DNA of 64,000 nucleotides from Nitrospirota bacterium. GTDB lineage: Bacteria; Nitrospirota; UBA9217. The first letter of the stretch is position 1; every line of letters begins with the position of its first letter. Location of the stretch: positions 128,001 through 192,000 of the forward strand of contig CAVVOB010000030.1 of the NCBI GenBank assembly GCA_963749655.1, given 5' to 3'. The translations under genes and the position numbers were made by a program. Under the pieces are notes generated by a model, which was given only the letters and a program-made list of their open reading frames with translations, made no database searches and had not been told where the DNA came from. Shown one piece after another: positions 1-9,434 of this stretch.

Positions 1-567
1 CAGACCGCCGAGCTCATGGGGAATAACGAGGTCCGCATCCTTGACAGCGAAGGCAAGATCGTCGCGCAGCGGATGAACCCGCGGGCGGCGTTCAGCGGGG
101 TCCGGCGGCTGTTCTTCTGGGACGACCTGGATTTCATCTATTTCGGCGGCTATGCCACCTGGAACTACCTGACAACGCCCTTCATGCTTGCGCGCAAGGG
201 CTTTCAGATCGAGGCCCTCGGACCCCTGCAGGGTGAGCTTGGGAAATACACCCGTTTGCGGGCGACCTTTCCCGACGACGTTCCGACGCACTCCCGGCAG
301 CAGATCTTCTATTTCGACGAACGCCGCCTGCTGCGGCGCCTCGATTACACGGCCGAGGTCGTCGGCGGCTGGGCGCATGCAGCCCACCTGTGCGATGAAT
401 ACCGGACCTTTGACAGGCTCATTGCCCCGACGCGGAGGAAAGTGCTGCCGCTCTTCTTCGGACGCGGGCCGCTGCCCGGGCCGACGCTGGTCGAGCTGGA
501 CGTGCATGTTATCCGGCCGGTTCCGGCTTCCGATGTTCGCAGTTCGGGCAACGCTCCTTTTAAATAA
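1..567 (+). CDS. Conserved hypothetical protein, 5'-truncated by the window edge
   Basis: Frame open from base 1 to TAA at 565-567; GC-rich codon usage like neighbouring genes. Confidence 0.7.
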   Translation, partial: QTAELMGNNEVRILDSEGKIVAQRMNPRAAFSGVRRLFFWDDLDFIYFGGYATWNYLTTPFMLARKGFQIEALGPLQGELGKYTRLRATFPDDVPTHSRQQIFYFDERRLLRRLDYTAEVVGGWAHAAHLCDEYRTFDRLIAPTRRKVLPLFFGRGPLPGPTLVELDVHVIRPVPASDVRSSGNAPFK

Positions 568-659
568 TAGAGGTATCGGCGTTCTGAACGCGGATTTCCA
601 TCCGGCTTGTGACATCTGCCGGACAAAGCGAACAAAGGTTTTACAGAATGGAGGATGCA

Positions 660-821
660 ATGCCCAAGGCGAACCAAGGCGGTTGGAAAACCTGCTCGCG
701 CGGGCATAAGTACCGAAGCCTGCATTTTTGTCCGGTATGATGGCCGGGCCGCGTTCAGCAGGCAGCTGAACCAGGAAAATCCAGACGCTCCAGCGCAAAG
801 AAGAGAAGAGGGCATGATTGA
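660..821 (+). CDS. Small Zn-finger-like protein with in-frame TGA (CxxU), possible selenoprotein or pseudogene; absent from ORF track
   Basis: GGAGG at 650-654, ATG 660; MPKANQGGWKTCSRGHKYRSLHFCPV(TGA)WPGR...; hairpin GTTCAGC-AGGCA-GCTGAAC at 753-771. Confidence 0.45.
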
Positions 822-909
822 ACTGAAGCCCGGTGTTCACGAAGTGCAGAAACATGGAGTGCGCCCGCCAATCAGTCATCGTATAAAGTATTCGCATCGC
901 AAATAAAAA

Positions 910-938
910 CGTCATTCCAGCGAAGGCTGGAATCCAGT
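910..938 (+). repeat. REP/dRS3-like palindrome, left arm flanking GIY-YIG gene
   Basis: CGTCATTCCAGCGAAGGCTGGAATCCAGT; exact reverse complement of 1274-1302. Confidence 0.9.
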
Positions 939-980
939 GTTCGTTTCTTCGGTTCAATACGTTCACAGGAACTTTTTCAC

Positions 981-1271
981 ATGAAGAACTTTAATGTCTA
1001 TATTCTTTGCAGCAAGCGAAACGGCACATTGTACACAGGTGTTACCTCCAATCTTATCCAGCGCATCTTTGAGCACAAAAATGATTTGGCCGACGGTTTT
1101 ACAAAGACCTACCAGGTTCATCTTCTCGTCTGGTATGAAGTACACCAGACGGCGGAAAGTGCCATCACCCGGGAAAAGCAGATCAAGTCATGGAAGCGAT
1201 CCTGGAAATTACGCTTGATTGAGGAAGGCAATCCGCAATGGGCGGATCTGTACGAAACCATTTGCAGCTAA
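981..1271 (+). CDS. GIY-YIG nuclease family protein (standalone, YhbQ-like)
   Basis: VYIL..RNGTLYTGVT..L..R..EH and AITREKQIKSWKRSWK motifs; more AT-rich than flanks. Confidence 0.9.
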   Translation: MKNFNVYILCSKRNGTLYTGVTSNLIQRIFEHKNDLADGFTKTYQVHLLVWYEVHQTAESAITREKQIKSWKRSWKLRLIEEGNPQWADLYETICS

Positions 1272-1273
1272 TA

Positions 1274-1302
1274 ACTGGATTCCAGCCTTCGCTGGAATGA
1301 CG
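1274..1302 (-). repeat. REP/dRS3-like palindrome, right arm flanking GIY-YIG gene
   Basis: ACTGGATTCCAGCCTTCGCTGGAATGACG; 29/29 inverted match to 910-938. Confidence 0.9.
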
Positions 1303-1323
1303 AAGCGGTAAACGTCAAATCCC

Positions 1324-2637
1324 ATGGACAACCAATTCATCTCCCTTTCCTCCTGGCCCAAGGCCATCCTCCACCTCGACGCCGACGCCTTCTTCGCGTC
1401 CTGCGAACAGGCGGTCCATCCCGAGCTGCGCGGCCGCCCGGTAGTCACGGGCAAGGAGCGCGGCATCGTTGCCGCCGCCTCCTACGAGGCAAAGGCGCGG
1501 GGCGTGCAGCGCGGGGTGCGGCTGTGGGACGTGAAGAAGCTCTGCCCCGACGCCGTGATCCTGCCGTCGGACTACGAGACCTACAGCCTGTTCTCGGTCA
1601 GGATGTTCGAGATCCTCAGGCGGTTCTCGCCCGACGTGGAGGAGTATTCCATCGACGAGGCCTTTGTGGACCTTACGGGCCTGCGACGCAGCTTTCACGG
1701 CTCCTACGAGTCCATCGCCCGGAAGATGCAGGACACGATCCAGCAGGAGCTGGGGCTGTCCGTCTCGGTCGGCGTCTCCCTCTCGAAGGTGCTGGCCAAG
1801 ATCGGGTCGAAGCACAAGAAGCCGCACGGCATCACCATGATCCCGGGCCGGGAGGTCCATCTCTTTCTCGAAAAGCTTCCCATAGAAAAGGTCTGGGGCA
1901 TCGGGCCGAACACCGCGGCCTTTCTGAACAAGTGCGGCATCACGACGGCGCTCCAGTTCGCGCGCAAAGACGAGGCCTTTGTCACAAAGCACCTGTCCAA
2001 GCCCTATCAGGAGATCTGGCACGAGCTGAACGGCAGAAGCGTCTACCCTGTTACGACGGAGACGAAGAACAGCTACCAGTCCATCAGCAAGGCAAAGACC
2101 TTCACGCCGGCGTCGGTTGACGAATCGTTCGTTTTTGCTCAGCTTGCGAAAAATCTGGAGAACGCCTGCATCAAGGCGCGGCGCTACAAGCTCGCGGCGA
2201 CGAAGGTCGTCATCTTTCTCCGGAAGCAGGACTTCACGAGCACCGGTGTCGAGCTCAAGCTCACCCGCCCCACGGCCTATCCTGCCGAGCTCTTCGAGCT
2301 CCTGCGCGCCGGGTTCCGCCGGCTCTATCAGCCGAAAACGTCCTATCGCCAGACCGGCGCGGTGCTGGGCGGCCTGGTCGCCGAGAGCGGGGTCCAATAC
2401 TCGCTGTTCGACGATACGACGAAGATCGAAAAGATGGCAAGAATCTACGCGAGCATTGACGAGATCTCCCGGAAGTACGGAAAGCACACGATCCAGCACG
2501 CTGCGAGCCTGCCCACGAAGCTTCAGGCCCAGCACGAGGGCGCGCGGGGCGATATTCCGCTGCGGCGCGCGATCCTGTTTAAAGGCGAGAACAAGCGGCA
2601 GCGTCTGCGGCTGCCCATGCTGCATGTGAAGGTGTAG
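1324..2637 (+). CDS. dinB: DNA polymerase IV (Y-family)
   Basis: HLDADAFFASCE, AASYEAKARGV, YSIDEAFVD, VWGIG motifs. Confidence 0.93.
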   Translation: MDNQFISLSSWPKAILHLDADAFFASCEQAVHPELRGRPVVTGKERGIVAAASYEAKARGVQRGVRLWDVKKLCPDAVILPSDYETYSLFSVRMFEILRRFSPDVEEYSIDEAFVDLTGLRRSFHGSYESIARKMQDTIQQELGLSVSVGVSLSKVLAKIGSKHKKPHGITMIPGREVHLFLEKLPIEKVWGIGPNTAAFLNKCGITTALQFARKDEAFVTKHLSKPYQEIWHELNGRSVYPVTTETKNSYQSISKAKTFTPASVDESFVFAQLAKNLENACIKARRYKLAATKVVIFLRKQDFTSTGVELKLTRPTAYPAELFELLRAGFRRLYQPKTSYRQTGAVLGGLVAESGVQYSLFDDTTKIEKMARIYASIDEISRKYGKHTIQHAASLPTKLQAQHEGARGDIPLRRAILFKGENKRQRLRLPMLHVKV

Positions 2638-2660
2638 CACGGAGAAAAAAGGCATTATCC

Positions 2661-2742
2661 ACCGCGGAGGCGCTGAGACGCCGAGAAAAGATTTTACGGT
2701 AAGAACTGAAAAGCTTCCTCCGCGCCTCTGCGACTCAGCGGT
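2661..2742. repeat. Period-8 tandem/inverted palindromic element (CGCNGAG)3...(CTCNGCG)3
   Basis: accgcggaggcgctgagacgccgag at 2661-2685 and ctccgcgcctctgcgactcagcggt at 2718-2742. Confidence 0.7.
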
Positions 2743-2863
2743 TCAACAAGTTCAGCGTTTCGAGCATTATACCTGTCACGGAGGGCCTTATCAGGCTTTA
2801 TCAGTGTCGATTGTTTTTGGTATATTTAATTTGAGCTAGTACGGGCCAGGGCGACAAGAAACC

Positions 2864-3424
2864 ATGAATAAGGAACAAGCACTCAAGAAGATCGCGGCAG
2901 AAATCAGCCGCTGTCCTCTCTGTAAAAAAGGCGGCACGGGCAAGCCCGTTCCCGGTGAAGGAAGCCCCGATGCGCGTGTCATGTTCATCGGCGAGGCCCC
3001 GGGCAAGGAGGAGGCCAAGGTCGGCCGCCCCTTTATCGGCAGGTCGGGTAAGTTCCTGCGCCAGGCGTTACAAACCATCGGGCTCGTTGAGGGAGATATC
3101 TTCATCACGAGTCCGGGACACTATCTCCCGCTCCGCGGCAAACCGTCAGAGGAAACGGTGATCCACGGGAGACTTCACCTGTTCAAGCAGATCGACGTCA
3201 TAAATCCTGCTGTCATCGTGCTTCTCGGGGCAACTGCCTGTTTCGCAGTGCTCGACAGAAAAGCCGAGGTCTCACGTGAGCATGGCGCCTTGATCCGCAT
3301 GAACAACAGGACGCATCTCATTACCTTCCATCCGGCCTATGCAATGCGCTTCTCTCCGGGCAAGGAGCAGTTCATCGCGGATCTTCAAAAGCTGAAGCGA
3401 CTGCTTTCCCGCGCAAAGAAATGA
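2864..3424 (+). CDS. Uracil-DNA glycosylase family 4
   Basis: CPLC, IGEAPG..E...GRPFIGRSG, TFHPAY motifs. Confidence 0.88.
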   Translation: MNKEQALKKIAAEISRCPLCKKGGTGKPVPGEGSPDARVMFIGEAPGKEEAKVGRPFIGRSGKFLRQALQTIGLVEGDIFITSPGHYLPLRGKPSEETVIHGRLHLFKQIDVINPAVIVLLGATACFAVLDRKAEVSREHGALIRMNNRTHLITFHPAYAMRFSPGKEQFIADLQKLKRLLSRAKK

Positions 3425-3458
3425 CCATCACGCTTTCCCTGAGCCATACCCTTTTCAT

Positions 3459-4268
3459 CTAATAACCGCCGCCCCAGTCCGGATCGATGATGCTCGTGTC
3501 CTCAAGCTCGGCAATGTAGTTCCTGATCCTCTGCGCGTTCGTCCCAATATCACCCTCGCCTACGCGTGAAACAGAGCGGATATCTACTCTGCTGCCGCCT
3601 GGGGCCGGAGCAATCCTGACGACCACATCGTCGGTGAATCCGAACCAGAAGGTCGTGGCCATTGCTTCGATGCGGCCTTGAGCAGGATCAGCCGCGATGA
3701 TTTTCCACCCCATATTCTTCGCAGAAATGAGCGCCCGCTCGAAGGCCACGGGTGCAGCGATCGGCAGAACAAGCGGCCTGATGTCAGGATAGGCGGCTTC
3801 CTGCACGGCGGCCACCTTGGCTCCGGGATACGTTGCCGGGGTCGGGGCATCCTTCCTGAGCGGCATGATCGATACGAATTGCGGCGGATTCGAAATGTCG
3901 GTTGTTATATCATTGATAGTAGGCATGCGTTCGGCGGTGCGCAGCCAGGACAACGGGATTCCCGATGCAACGAGCCCGATGATGATTCCTGCTGCGGCAA
4001 CGAAGAACAAGGCCGGTCGATGTTCATGCCTCACTGAAAGACCGCCGACCAGCGATACGATGGCAGCTAAAGCGCCGGCAACAGCGGACCACTGAAGAAT
4101 TACGAACCCGTGCGTAAAGCTCCACCAGCCCCATTTGCTTCCCAGGCCTGCGAAAGCATCCCCGAGAGCGGAAAGCACGGCGATCGTCAGTCCCGCCTGC
4201 GCAAGATGGGCGATGAATGCTCCGTGCGCTATGTATGTGTGTTTCATGGTTTCCTGCTGTGTATTCAT
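3459..4268 (-). CDS. DUF1499 domain membrane protein
   Basis: N-terminal TM helices, INDITTD, TTFWFGFTDDVVVR..VDIRSVSRVG.GDIGTNA.RI; start set after GGAGG. Confidence 0.85.
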   Translation of the reverse strand: MNTQQETMKHTYIAHGAFIAHLAQAGLTIAVLSALGDAFAGLGSKWGWWSFTHGFVILQWSAVAGALAAIVSLVGGLSVRHEHRPALFFVAAAGIIIGLVASGIPLSWLRTAERMPTINDITTDISNPPQFVSIMPLRKDAPTPATYPGAKVAAVQEAAYPDIRPLVLPIAAPVAFERALISAKNMGWKIIAADPAQGRIEAMATTFWFGFTDDVVVRIAPAPGGSRVDIRSVSRVGEGDIGTNAQRIRNYIAELEDTSIIDPDWGGGY

Positions 4269-4332
4269 GGAATTATCCTCCTTGATAACAGAACCGCAAG
4301 CTTCCGTCCGCTGCGAGCGGACGCAGAAGCTT

Positions 4333-5055
4333 CTACGCAGCCAGTGCAGCGAGCTGGACACGGTTTCTGAGCTCGATGGTCTCTCCCCGCACCTGCGACG
4401 AAAGCGGCGATGCCAGATAAGCAATGTAATGTCCGACTTCATCGGCCGTAAGCCACGCGGGATTGGCGTGGATCCGCGACCGGGTGCGCAGCGGCGCGTT
4501 TATCACGACGGTGTTGATGCGAACACCGGACTTCCGGTGCTCGACTACCAGGGCATTCTTCAGCATCAGCTGCGCCGATGCGGTTACTGACAACGGACCC
4601 GCACCCGGAACGGGATTCACTGCAGCCGGTCCGTTGATGAAGGTATAACTGCTGCCGTGCCCCCGGGCCAGGAGAGGCAGAAACGTCCGGGCAACGATGA
4701 AGTGTGACGTCAGGCTGTCCGCGAGTGCCTGCTGCCACTCCTCCTGCGTCACCTGAACGAGGGCCGGACCGGCGTGCAGGCCGCCAAGCGAGGCCACGAC
4801 GGCATCGATCCTGCCGGCATCGTGTTGAATCCGGTCGCGGATCTCTTCGGCGCCGCCAGCGGAGCCAATGTCGTCTTCAAAGGTAATCAGCCGGTCCGGG
4901 GACGTCACGCGCTTTCGCAGCAGTTGAATACGGTCTTTCGATCGGGAAGGGACGACAACGGTCGCTCCCTCTTCGAGGAATGCCTCGACAATGCCCTCGC
5001 CTATCTCTCCGGTACCGCCGGCTATCAATGCGATTTTATTTTCCAGAATGCCCAT
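4333..5055 (-). CDS. SDR family oxidoreductase
   Basis: IAGGTGEIGEG Rossmann motif, GVRINTV. Confidence 0.85.
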   Translation of the reverse strand: MGILENKIALIAGGTGEIGEGIVEAFLEEGATVVVPSRSKDRIQLLRKRVTSPDRLITFEDDIGSAGGAEEIRDRIQHDAGRIDAVVASLGGLHAGPALVQVTQEEWQQALADSLTSHFIVARTFLPLLARGHGSSYTFINGPAAVNPVPGAGPLSVTASAQLMLKNALVVEHRKSGVRINTVVINAPLRTRSRIHANPAWLTADEVGHYIAYLASPLSSQVRGETIELRNRVQLAALAA

Positions 5056-5321
5056 TTATTTTCCTCCGTTTATTCCTGCGCCGGAAGCGAATTGTCCGTC
5101 GCGGGAGGGTGACTCGCAACCTATTCGAAAAAAGACTTATGTCGTCCTCTTTATATATTCATTCTAGCACGCCTGCCTGAAGCAACGGCGGGAAAGGGCT
5201 TCGCAGAGGATAAGCTCATATGCGACCTTTGTCGTATCCTTCGGAAGAGGTCAAGGGATTGATGTATACTAGTACAGGTACAGAGCCTGGAGACGCGTCT
5301 CCTGCAGAGAGGAAAACCGTA

Positions 5322-6149
5322 ATGATTGTTTATCCCAGAATCGATCCCGAAATCGTCCGCATCGGACCGCTCGCCCTGAGATGGTATGGTCTCATGTATG
5401 CCCTGGGATTTGCATCGTCCTATGTGCTGGTGAGGCATCAATTGAAGAAAGGCGCCGTACCTGTCTCCGCCGGGAAGCGGGAAATCAAGGACAAAACGGC
5501 ACCCATCGTACCGGACGTCTTTCTTGATGCCCTGTACACCTATTTGGTAGTCGGTCTTGTTCTCGGCGCACGGTTGGGCTACGTTCTCTTCTATGACTTT
5601 TCAGTCTATCTCCATGATCCCCTCGAGATCATGCGGGTCTGGCACGGCGGGATGTCGTTTCACGGAGGGATGATCGGGACCCTTGCGGCGGGGTACTGGT
5701 GCTGCTGCAGATATGGCGTGGAATTCTGGCGCGCTGCAGATCTCGTGATCGTGACTGCGCCGGTCGGCCTCGGGCTCGGCAGGCTCGGCAATTTCATAAA
5801 CGGCGAGCTGTTCGGGAGGGTAGCCACGGTGCCCTGGGCCATGGTTTTTCCCGCAGGGGGGCCGCTGCCGCGCCATCCGTCGCAGCTCTACGAATTTCTG
5901 CTGGAAGGAGTGCTGCTTTTCACCATACTCTGGAAAGCGAAGGACCTGCCGCACAAGCCGGGCGCGATGACGGCGGCCTTTCTCGTGCTCTACGGCCTCT
6001 TCCGTTTTTTCGTGGAATTTTTCCGTGAGCCCGATGCGCAGCTCGGCTTCATCGCCGGTCCGTTCACCATGGGCCAGATCCTGAGCGTGCTTACGTCGAT
6101 TGCAGGCGTCGCACTGTTTCTCCATCGGAGAAGGACCTCACGTACCTGA
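5322..6149 (+). CDS. lgt: Prolipoprotein diacylglyceryl transferase
   Basis: RWYGLMY, GARLGYV, GGMSFHGG, GRLGNFINGELFGR, HPSQLYE. Confidence 0.96.
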   Translation: MIVYPRIDPEIVRIGPLALRWYGLMYALGFASSYVLVRHQLKKGAVPVSAGKREIKDKTAPIVPDVFLDALYTYLVVGLVLGARLGYVLFYDFSVYLHDPLEIMRVWHGGMSFHGGMIGTLAAGYWCCCRYGVEFWRAADLVIVTAPVGLGLGRLGNFINGELFGRVATVPWAMVFPAGGPLPRHPSQLYEFLLEGVLLFTILWKAKDLPHKPGAMTAAFLVLYGLFRFFVEFFREPDAQLGFIAGPFTMGQILSVLTSIAGVALFLHRRRTSRT

Positions 6150-6234
6150 TCGACAGCGCCGATGACTGCGCATCGCTCCTTTGGTATAATAGAAGACATG
6201 GCGCGAACAACGACGAATGACGGAGGTTGATAGA

Positions 6235-7368
6235 ATGACGACGGAAGGGATCATTACAGCGGAAGACCTGAAGAAGCGCCTGGACAGGGGCGAGGTGGGC
6301 TTTCTGTTCGATCTGAGGAACGAGGACGAGTTCAAGTCATGGAGGATCGAGGGCAGAAAAGACGTCGAGACCCTGAACATTCCCCAGCCTGATTTCGTGG
6401 GAGAAGAGGAGCGTCATCTCTCGAAGTTTCCGAAAGACAAAAAGATCGTAGCCGTCTGCGCCCACGGAGACGCTGCAAAATATTCCGCTGATCTGTTGAG
6501 CGGCCATGGGTTCAATATCCTGAGCCTCAAGGGCGGCATGGACGCCTGGAGCGAATTCTACGAAACGCACAAGGTAAGCGACGAACCTGCGATTTATCAG
6601 GTCTATCGCATGGCGCGGGGCTGCATCGCCTATCTGATCGCATCCAAGGGGACCGCCGTGGTGATCGATTCCGCGCGGCATGTCGACCGCATGCTGGACC
6701 TGGCAAAAACGCTCCAGGTGCGGATCACCCAGGTGCTCGACACGCATCTGCACGCCGACCATATTTCCGGCGGCCGGGAACTCGCTGAAAAATGCGGCGC
6801 GGCCTACTACCTCCATTCGGCCGACGCTGAAGGGGCGATGATCAATTATACGCCCCTGGCTGACGGGAACAGGATTTCGTTCGGATCGAGCACGATCGAG
6901 GTCGTTCATTCGCCCGGTCACACGCCGGGCAGTACCTCTTTCCTGCTTGATAAAAGATATCTATTCACCGGCGATACGATCATGAAAGCGAGCCTCGGCA
7001 GGCCCGACTTGGGGGGCAAGGCCGAAGCCTGGTCGGCGCTGCTCTATGACACGCTCTTCAGGCGCTATGCCGGCCTCGACGACTCGATAGTCGTCCTGCC
7101 GAGCCACGCCTCGTCGGTCCGGGAGCAGGACGAGCAGGGTATCATCAGTACGACCCTGGGCCAGGCGCGCAGGGAACGGGACCTGTTCCAGATCCGCGAC
7201 AAGAACGCCTTTGCCGCACATATCAAGAAAAACTTGCTCGAGAACCCCGAGCGCTATCAGGTCATCAGGAACGTGAATCTCGGGATGCCGGCCGACGAGG
7301 CCAAGCAGAAAGAGCTGGAGATCGGGAAAAATCTTTGCGGTATGGCGAAGCAGAACGCTGCTGCATAG
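6235..7368 (+). CDS. Rhodanese + MBL-fold hydrolase fusion (persulfide dioxygenase-like)
   Basis: Rhodanese VCAHG, LKGGMDAW; MBL THLHADHISG, PGHTPGS, FTGD. Confidence 0.88.
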   Translation: MTTEGIITAEDLKKRLDRGEVGFLFDLRNEDEFKSWRIEGRKDVETLNIPQPDFVGEEERHLSKFPKDKKIVAVCAHGDAAKYSADLLSGHGFNILSLKGGMDAWSEFYETHKVSDEPAIYQVYRMARGCIAYLIASKGTAVVIDSARHVDRMLDLAKTLQVRITQVLDTHLHADHISGGRELAEKCGAAYYLHSADAEGAMINYTPLADGNRISFGSSTIEVVHSPGHTPGSTSFLLDKRYLFTGDTIMKASLGRPDLGGKAEAWSALLYDTLFRRYAGLDDSIVVLPSHASSVREQDEQGIISTTLGQARRERDLFQIRDKNAFAAHIKKNLLENPERYQVIRNVNLGMPADEAKQKELEIGKNLCGMAKQNAAA

Positions 7369-7439
7369 ATGGTAACTTGTTGCGGGCATGACATTGCCCG
7401 CACGAAGCCGCAAAGGCATTGAAAAGGACCTTAACCTCC

Positions 7440-7465
7440 GGGCCTGTGCTTGCACAGGCCCTTTT
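7440..7465. terminator. Intrinsic terminator between convergent genes
   Basis: GGGCCTGTGC-TT-GCACAGGCCC followed by TTTT. Confidence 0.6.
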
Positions 7466-7491
7466 CATTTCGGGTTGTCGGGAGGTGTCGG

Positions 7492-8409
7492 TCAGCGCAG
7501 CGCATTCGGCATGGGCGGAAGGGAAACGGCCGTCAGTGCGGCCAGCGGGCCGGCTGCCCTCAGCCGCTCGAGCTGTCCGCTGTTTCTGACGAAGAGCGAG
7601 CCTGCAAAGGCCAGAGAGTTCAGGGAGATGTCTTCGTAAAACTCCACGGAGCGCGGCACCACAAGCATCCACTCACGGGTCATGAGAAAGCAATAGGGAA
7701 GGGACTGGCGCACCAGGCTGTCCCCGGATGGGGTGCTGATGCCTGTTTCTGCAAGCAGCGCCCGGTAAAGGGCGAAGGACTCCTTCGCCGCCTCGACAGG
7801 ACTGCGTACGAGGCCGGGAGGTAGGCGGACGAAAGCGTGGCGGAAGGGAAATCCCGGTACGGTCCCGATCCCGGCGGAAGGCGCCCGGCCCAGAAGGGGC
7901 GCGACGGGAACGGGCGGGCCCGAAGGAGCAAGGGGAAGGGGAACCAGCTGGAGATGCTTGTGCTGCTGGCTCGCACCGGCATCGCGACCGCCGTTGTAGA
8001 AGCCGAGGGAGTCGTACTCGGCCATGCAGAGCCAGAGCGCCTCGAAATCCCGCAGGGTCAGGAGCATGTCCTGGTCTTCGAAGTGCCGCGTGATGATCAG
8101 CAGGTGGTTTTCCACAACGTTGAACTTGTTCAGGACGGCCAGGTGCGTGTCAGTGATGTCGGCAACGACAAGGTCCTTCTCCGGCGGCAGGAAGGGGTTG
8201 ACGGGCTTCCCCGCTCCGACAGCGGCTTCCTGCTGTTTTCTTGCCTCATCCTTCCGCGAAAGGGTCGAGAGCACGCGGACGAAATAACCCGCTCCCCCGT
8301 CTTCCAAAAAGGTGTAGTCCGTCGGCACAGGCACGAGCGCGCCGAGCGCGAGGGCGCGTTCCGTTGTTTCCCTTACCGCATTCCACAGGGTGCCCTGCTT
8401 AAAGGTCAT
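7492..8409 (-). CDS. ATP adenylyltransferase / Ap4A phosphorylase II-like
   Basis: NPFLPPE, LNKFNV..HLL, FYNGG..AGASQ.HKHLQ, ISLNSLAFAG. Confidence 0.85.
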   Translation of the reverse strand: MTFKQGTLWNAVRETTERALALGALVPVPTDYTFLEDGGAGYFVRVLSTLSRKDEARKQQEAAVGAGKPVNPFLPPEKDLVVADITDTHLAVLNKFNVVENHLLIITRHFEDQDMLLTLRDFEALWLCMAEYDSLGFYNGGRDAGASQQHKHLQLVPLPLAPSGPPVPVAPLLGRAPSAGIGTVPGFPFRHAFVRLPPGLVRSPVEAAKESFALYRALLAETGISTPSGDSLVRQSLPYCFLMTREWMLVVPRSVEFYEDISLNSLAFAGSLFVRNSGQLERLRAAGPLAALTAVSLPPMPNALR

Positions 8410-8555
8410 TGTTCCTTCTTTAGCCATACAATATCCGTTCTGTAAATAAAACCGGCCGCGTGCGGAAAAATGATTGCCGCAAATTATGCCTGGATGTTCA
8501 TTCTGACAGGCAAGCAGATGAGCTCTTGAATGGGATTCCGGGAAGGATTATAGCA

Positions 8556-8669
8556 TGATGTAGTCGTAAGAAGTCAAGATTTGCCACAAGGCACAAAAAG
8601 CACAAAGAGAGTCTTTGGAAAATTTTAAACCTTTGTGACTTGCTAAAAAGACTTTTTACGAGATCATCA
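8556..8669. mobile_element. MITE-like element with ~20-bp terminal inverted repeats and internal CACAA repeats
   Basis: TGATGTAGTCGTAAGAAGTC ... GACTTTTTACGAGATCATCA; inner cacaaggcacaaaaagcacaaag / ctttgtg. Confidence 0.6.
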
Positions 8670-8737
8670 GAGCATAGACGCGTGAAAAAACGAATAGTTC
8701 GCCGTTTCCCCGGCAAAGGATCGGCTGGCAGCGGGGG

Positions 8738-8965
8738 TTATGCAGCCTTGTGTCCCCGGAAAGTGATCCTGCCTCGCGTAAGATCGTAGGGCGACAGCTC
8801 GACGGTGACGCTGTCGCCGGAAAGGATCTTGATATAGTGGATGCGCATCTTTCCGGCGAGGTGGGCGAGCACGATATGTCCCCCCTCGATCTCGATGCGG
8901 AACATCGCGTTGGGGAGCGCTTCAATGACCTTGCCCTGCACTCTTATGATATCTTCCTTGGGCAT
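8738..8965 (-). CDS. infA: Translation initiation factor IF-1
   Basis: [20 protein letters not shown]...[30 protein letters not shown]. Confidence 0.96.
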   Translation of the reverse strand: MPKEDIIRVQGKVIEALPNAMFRIEIEGGHIVLAHLAGKMRIHYIKILSGDSVTVELSPYDLTRGRITFRGHKAA

Positions 8966-9076
8966 GGGACGCCCTCTTTCTGCTTCTGTATCCGGTCGGT
9001 CGGTTCTAAAAGGACGTATGGCCGACCGTGCAGCCGGATCAATAATATTATAGCTCGGATTTTTGTCTCGATCGAC

Positions 9077-9234
9077 AGCTCGCTGATGAGCCCGATCACG
9101 GGGATGACGCTGAAATAGCTGTCCTGCTACAGGTCCTTCAGGACCCGGCGGATGGCAGGGCCAGGCACGGACAAATCGATGACCATGACGTCGCGAGGAT
9201 CGGCATAGACGAAACCGATTTGCAGGAGTTTCAT
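9077..9234 (-). pseudogene. Receiver-domain-like gene fragment with internal TAG
   Basis: [25 protein letters not shown]...[19 protein letters not shown]; TAG at 9127-9129. Confidence 0.35.
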
Positions 9235-9418
9235 GACAAGCGCCCGGCCGGATAAGGGGGGACGCCTGGGCGCCTCAGCTTCGCCCTACTTCACTGCGAA
9301 TCTGCGACGCCCAGTCGTCGGGGGGGGTAATGGTGGCAGGGCTATCCCTGCGGCGAACAACCTGTTTCGGGAAAAAAGAGCGTTTTGGAAAGTATCGTCA
9401 ACTCTTGTCCTTATATAT

Positions 9419-9434
9419 AGCAAGTTGCCTGCCA
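9419..9434 (-). promoter_or_regulatory. Sigma-54 -24/-12 promoter
   Basis: TGGCAGGCAACTTGCT vs consensus TGGCACG-N4-TTGCW; TGTC..GAC boxes at 9509-9548 upstream. Confidence 0.6.

Noticed and set aside
814-906. Short ORF MIELKPGVHEV as a gene remnant truncated by the GIY-YIG element
   Set aside because: Too short to assign without a search.
1315-2655. Long antisense/alternative-frame ORFs (e.g. 1315-2655, 21788-22741, 29161-30678, 37014-38312, 41573-43060)
   Set aside because: Shadows of real GC-rich genes; no recognisable motifs.
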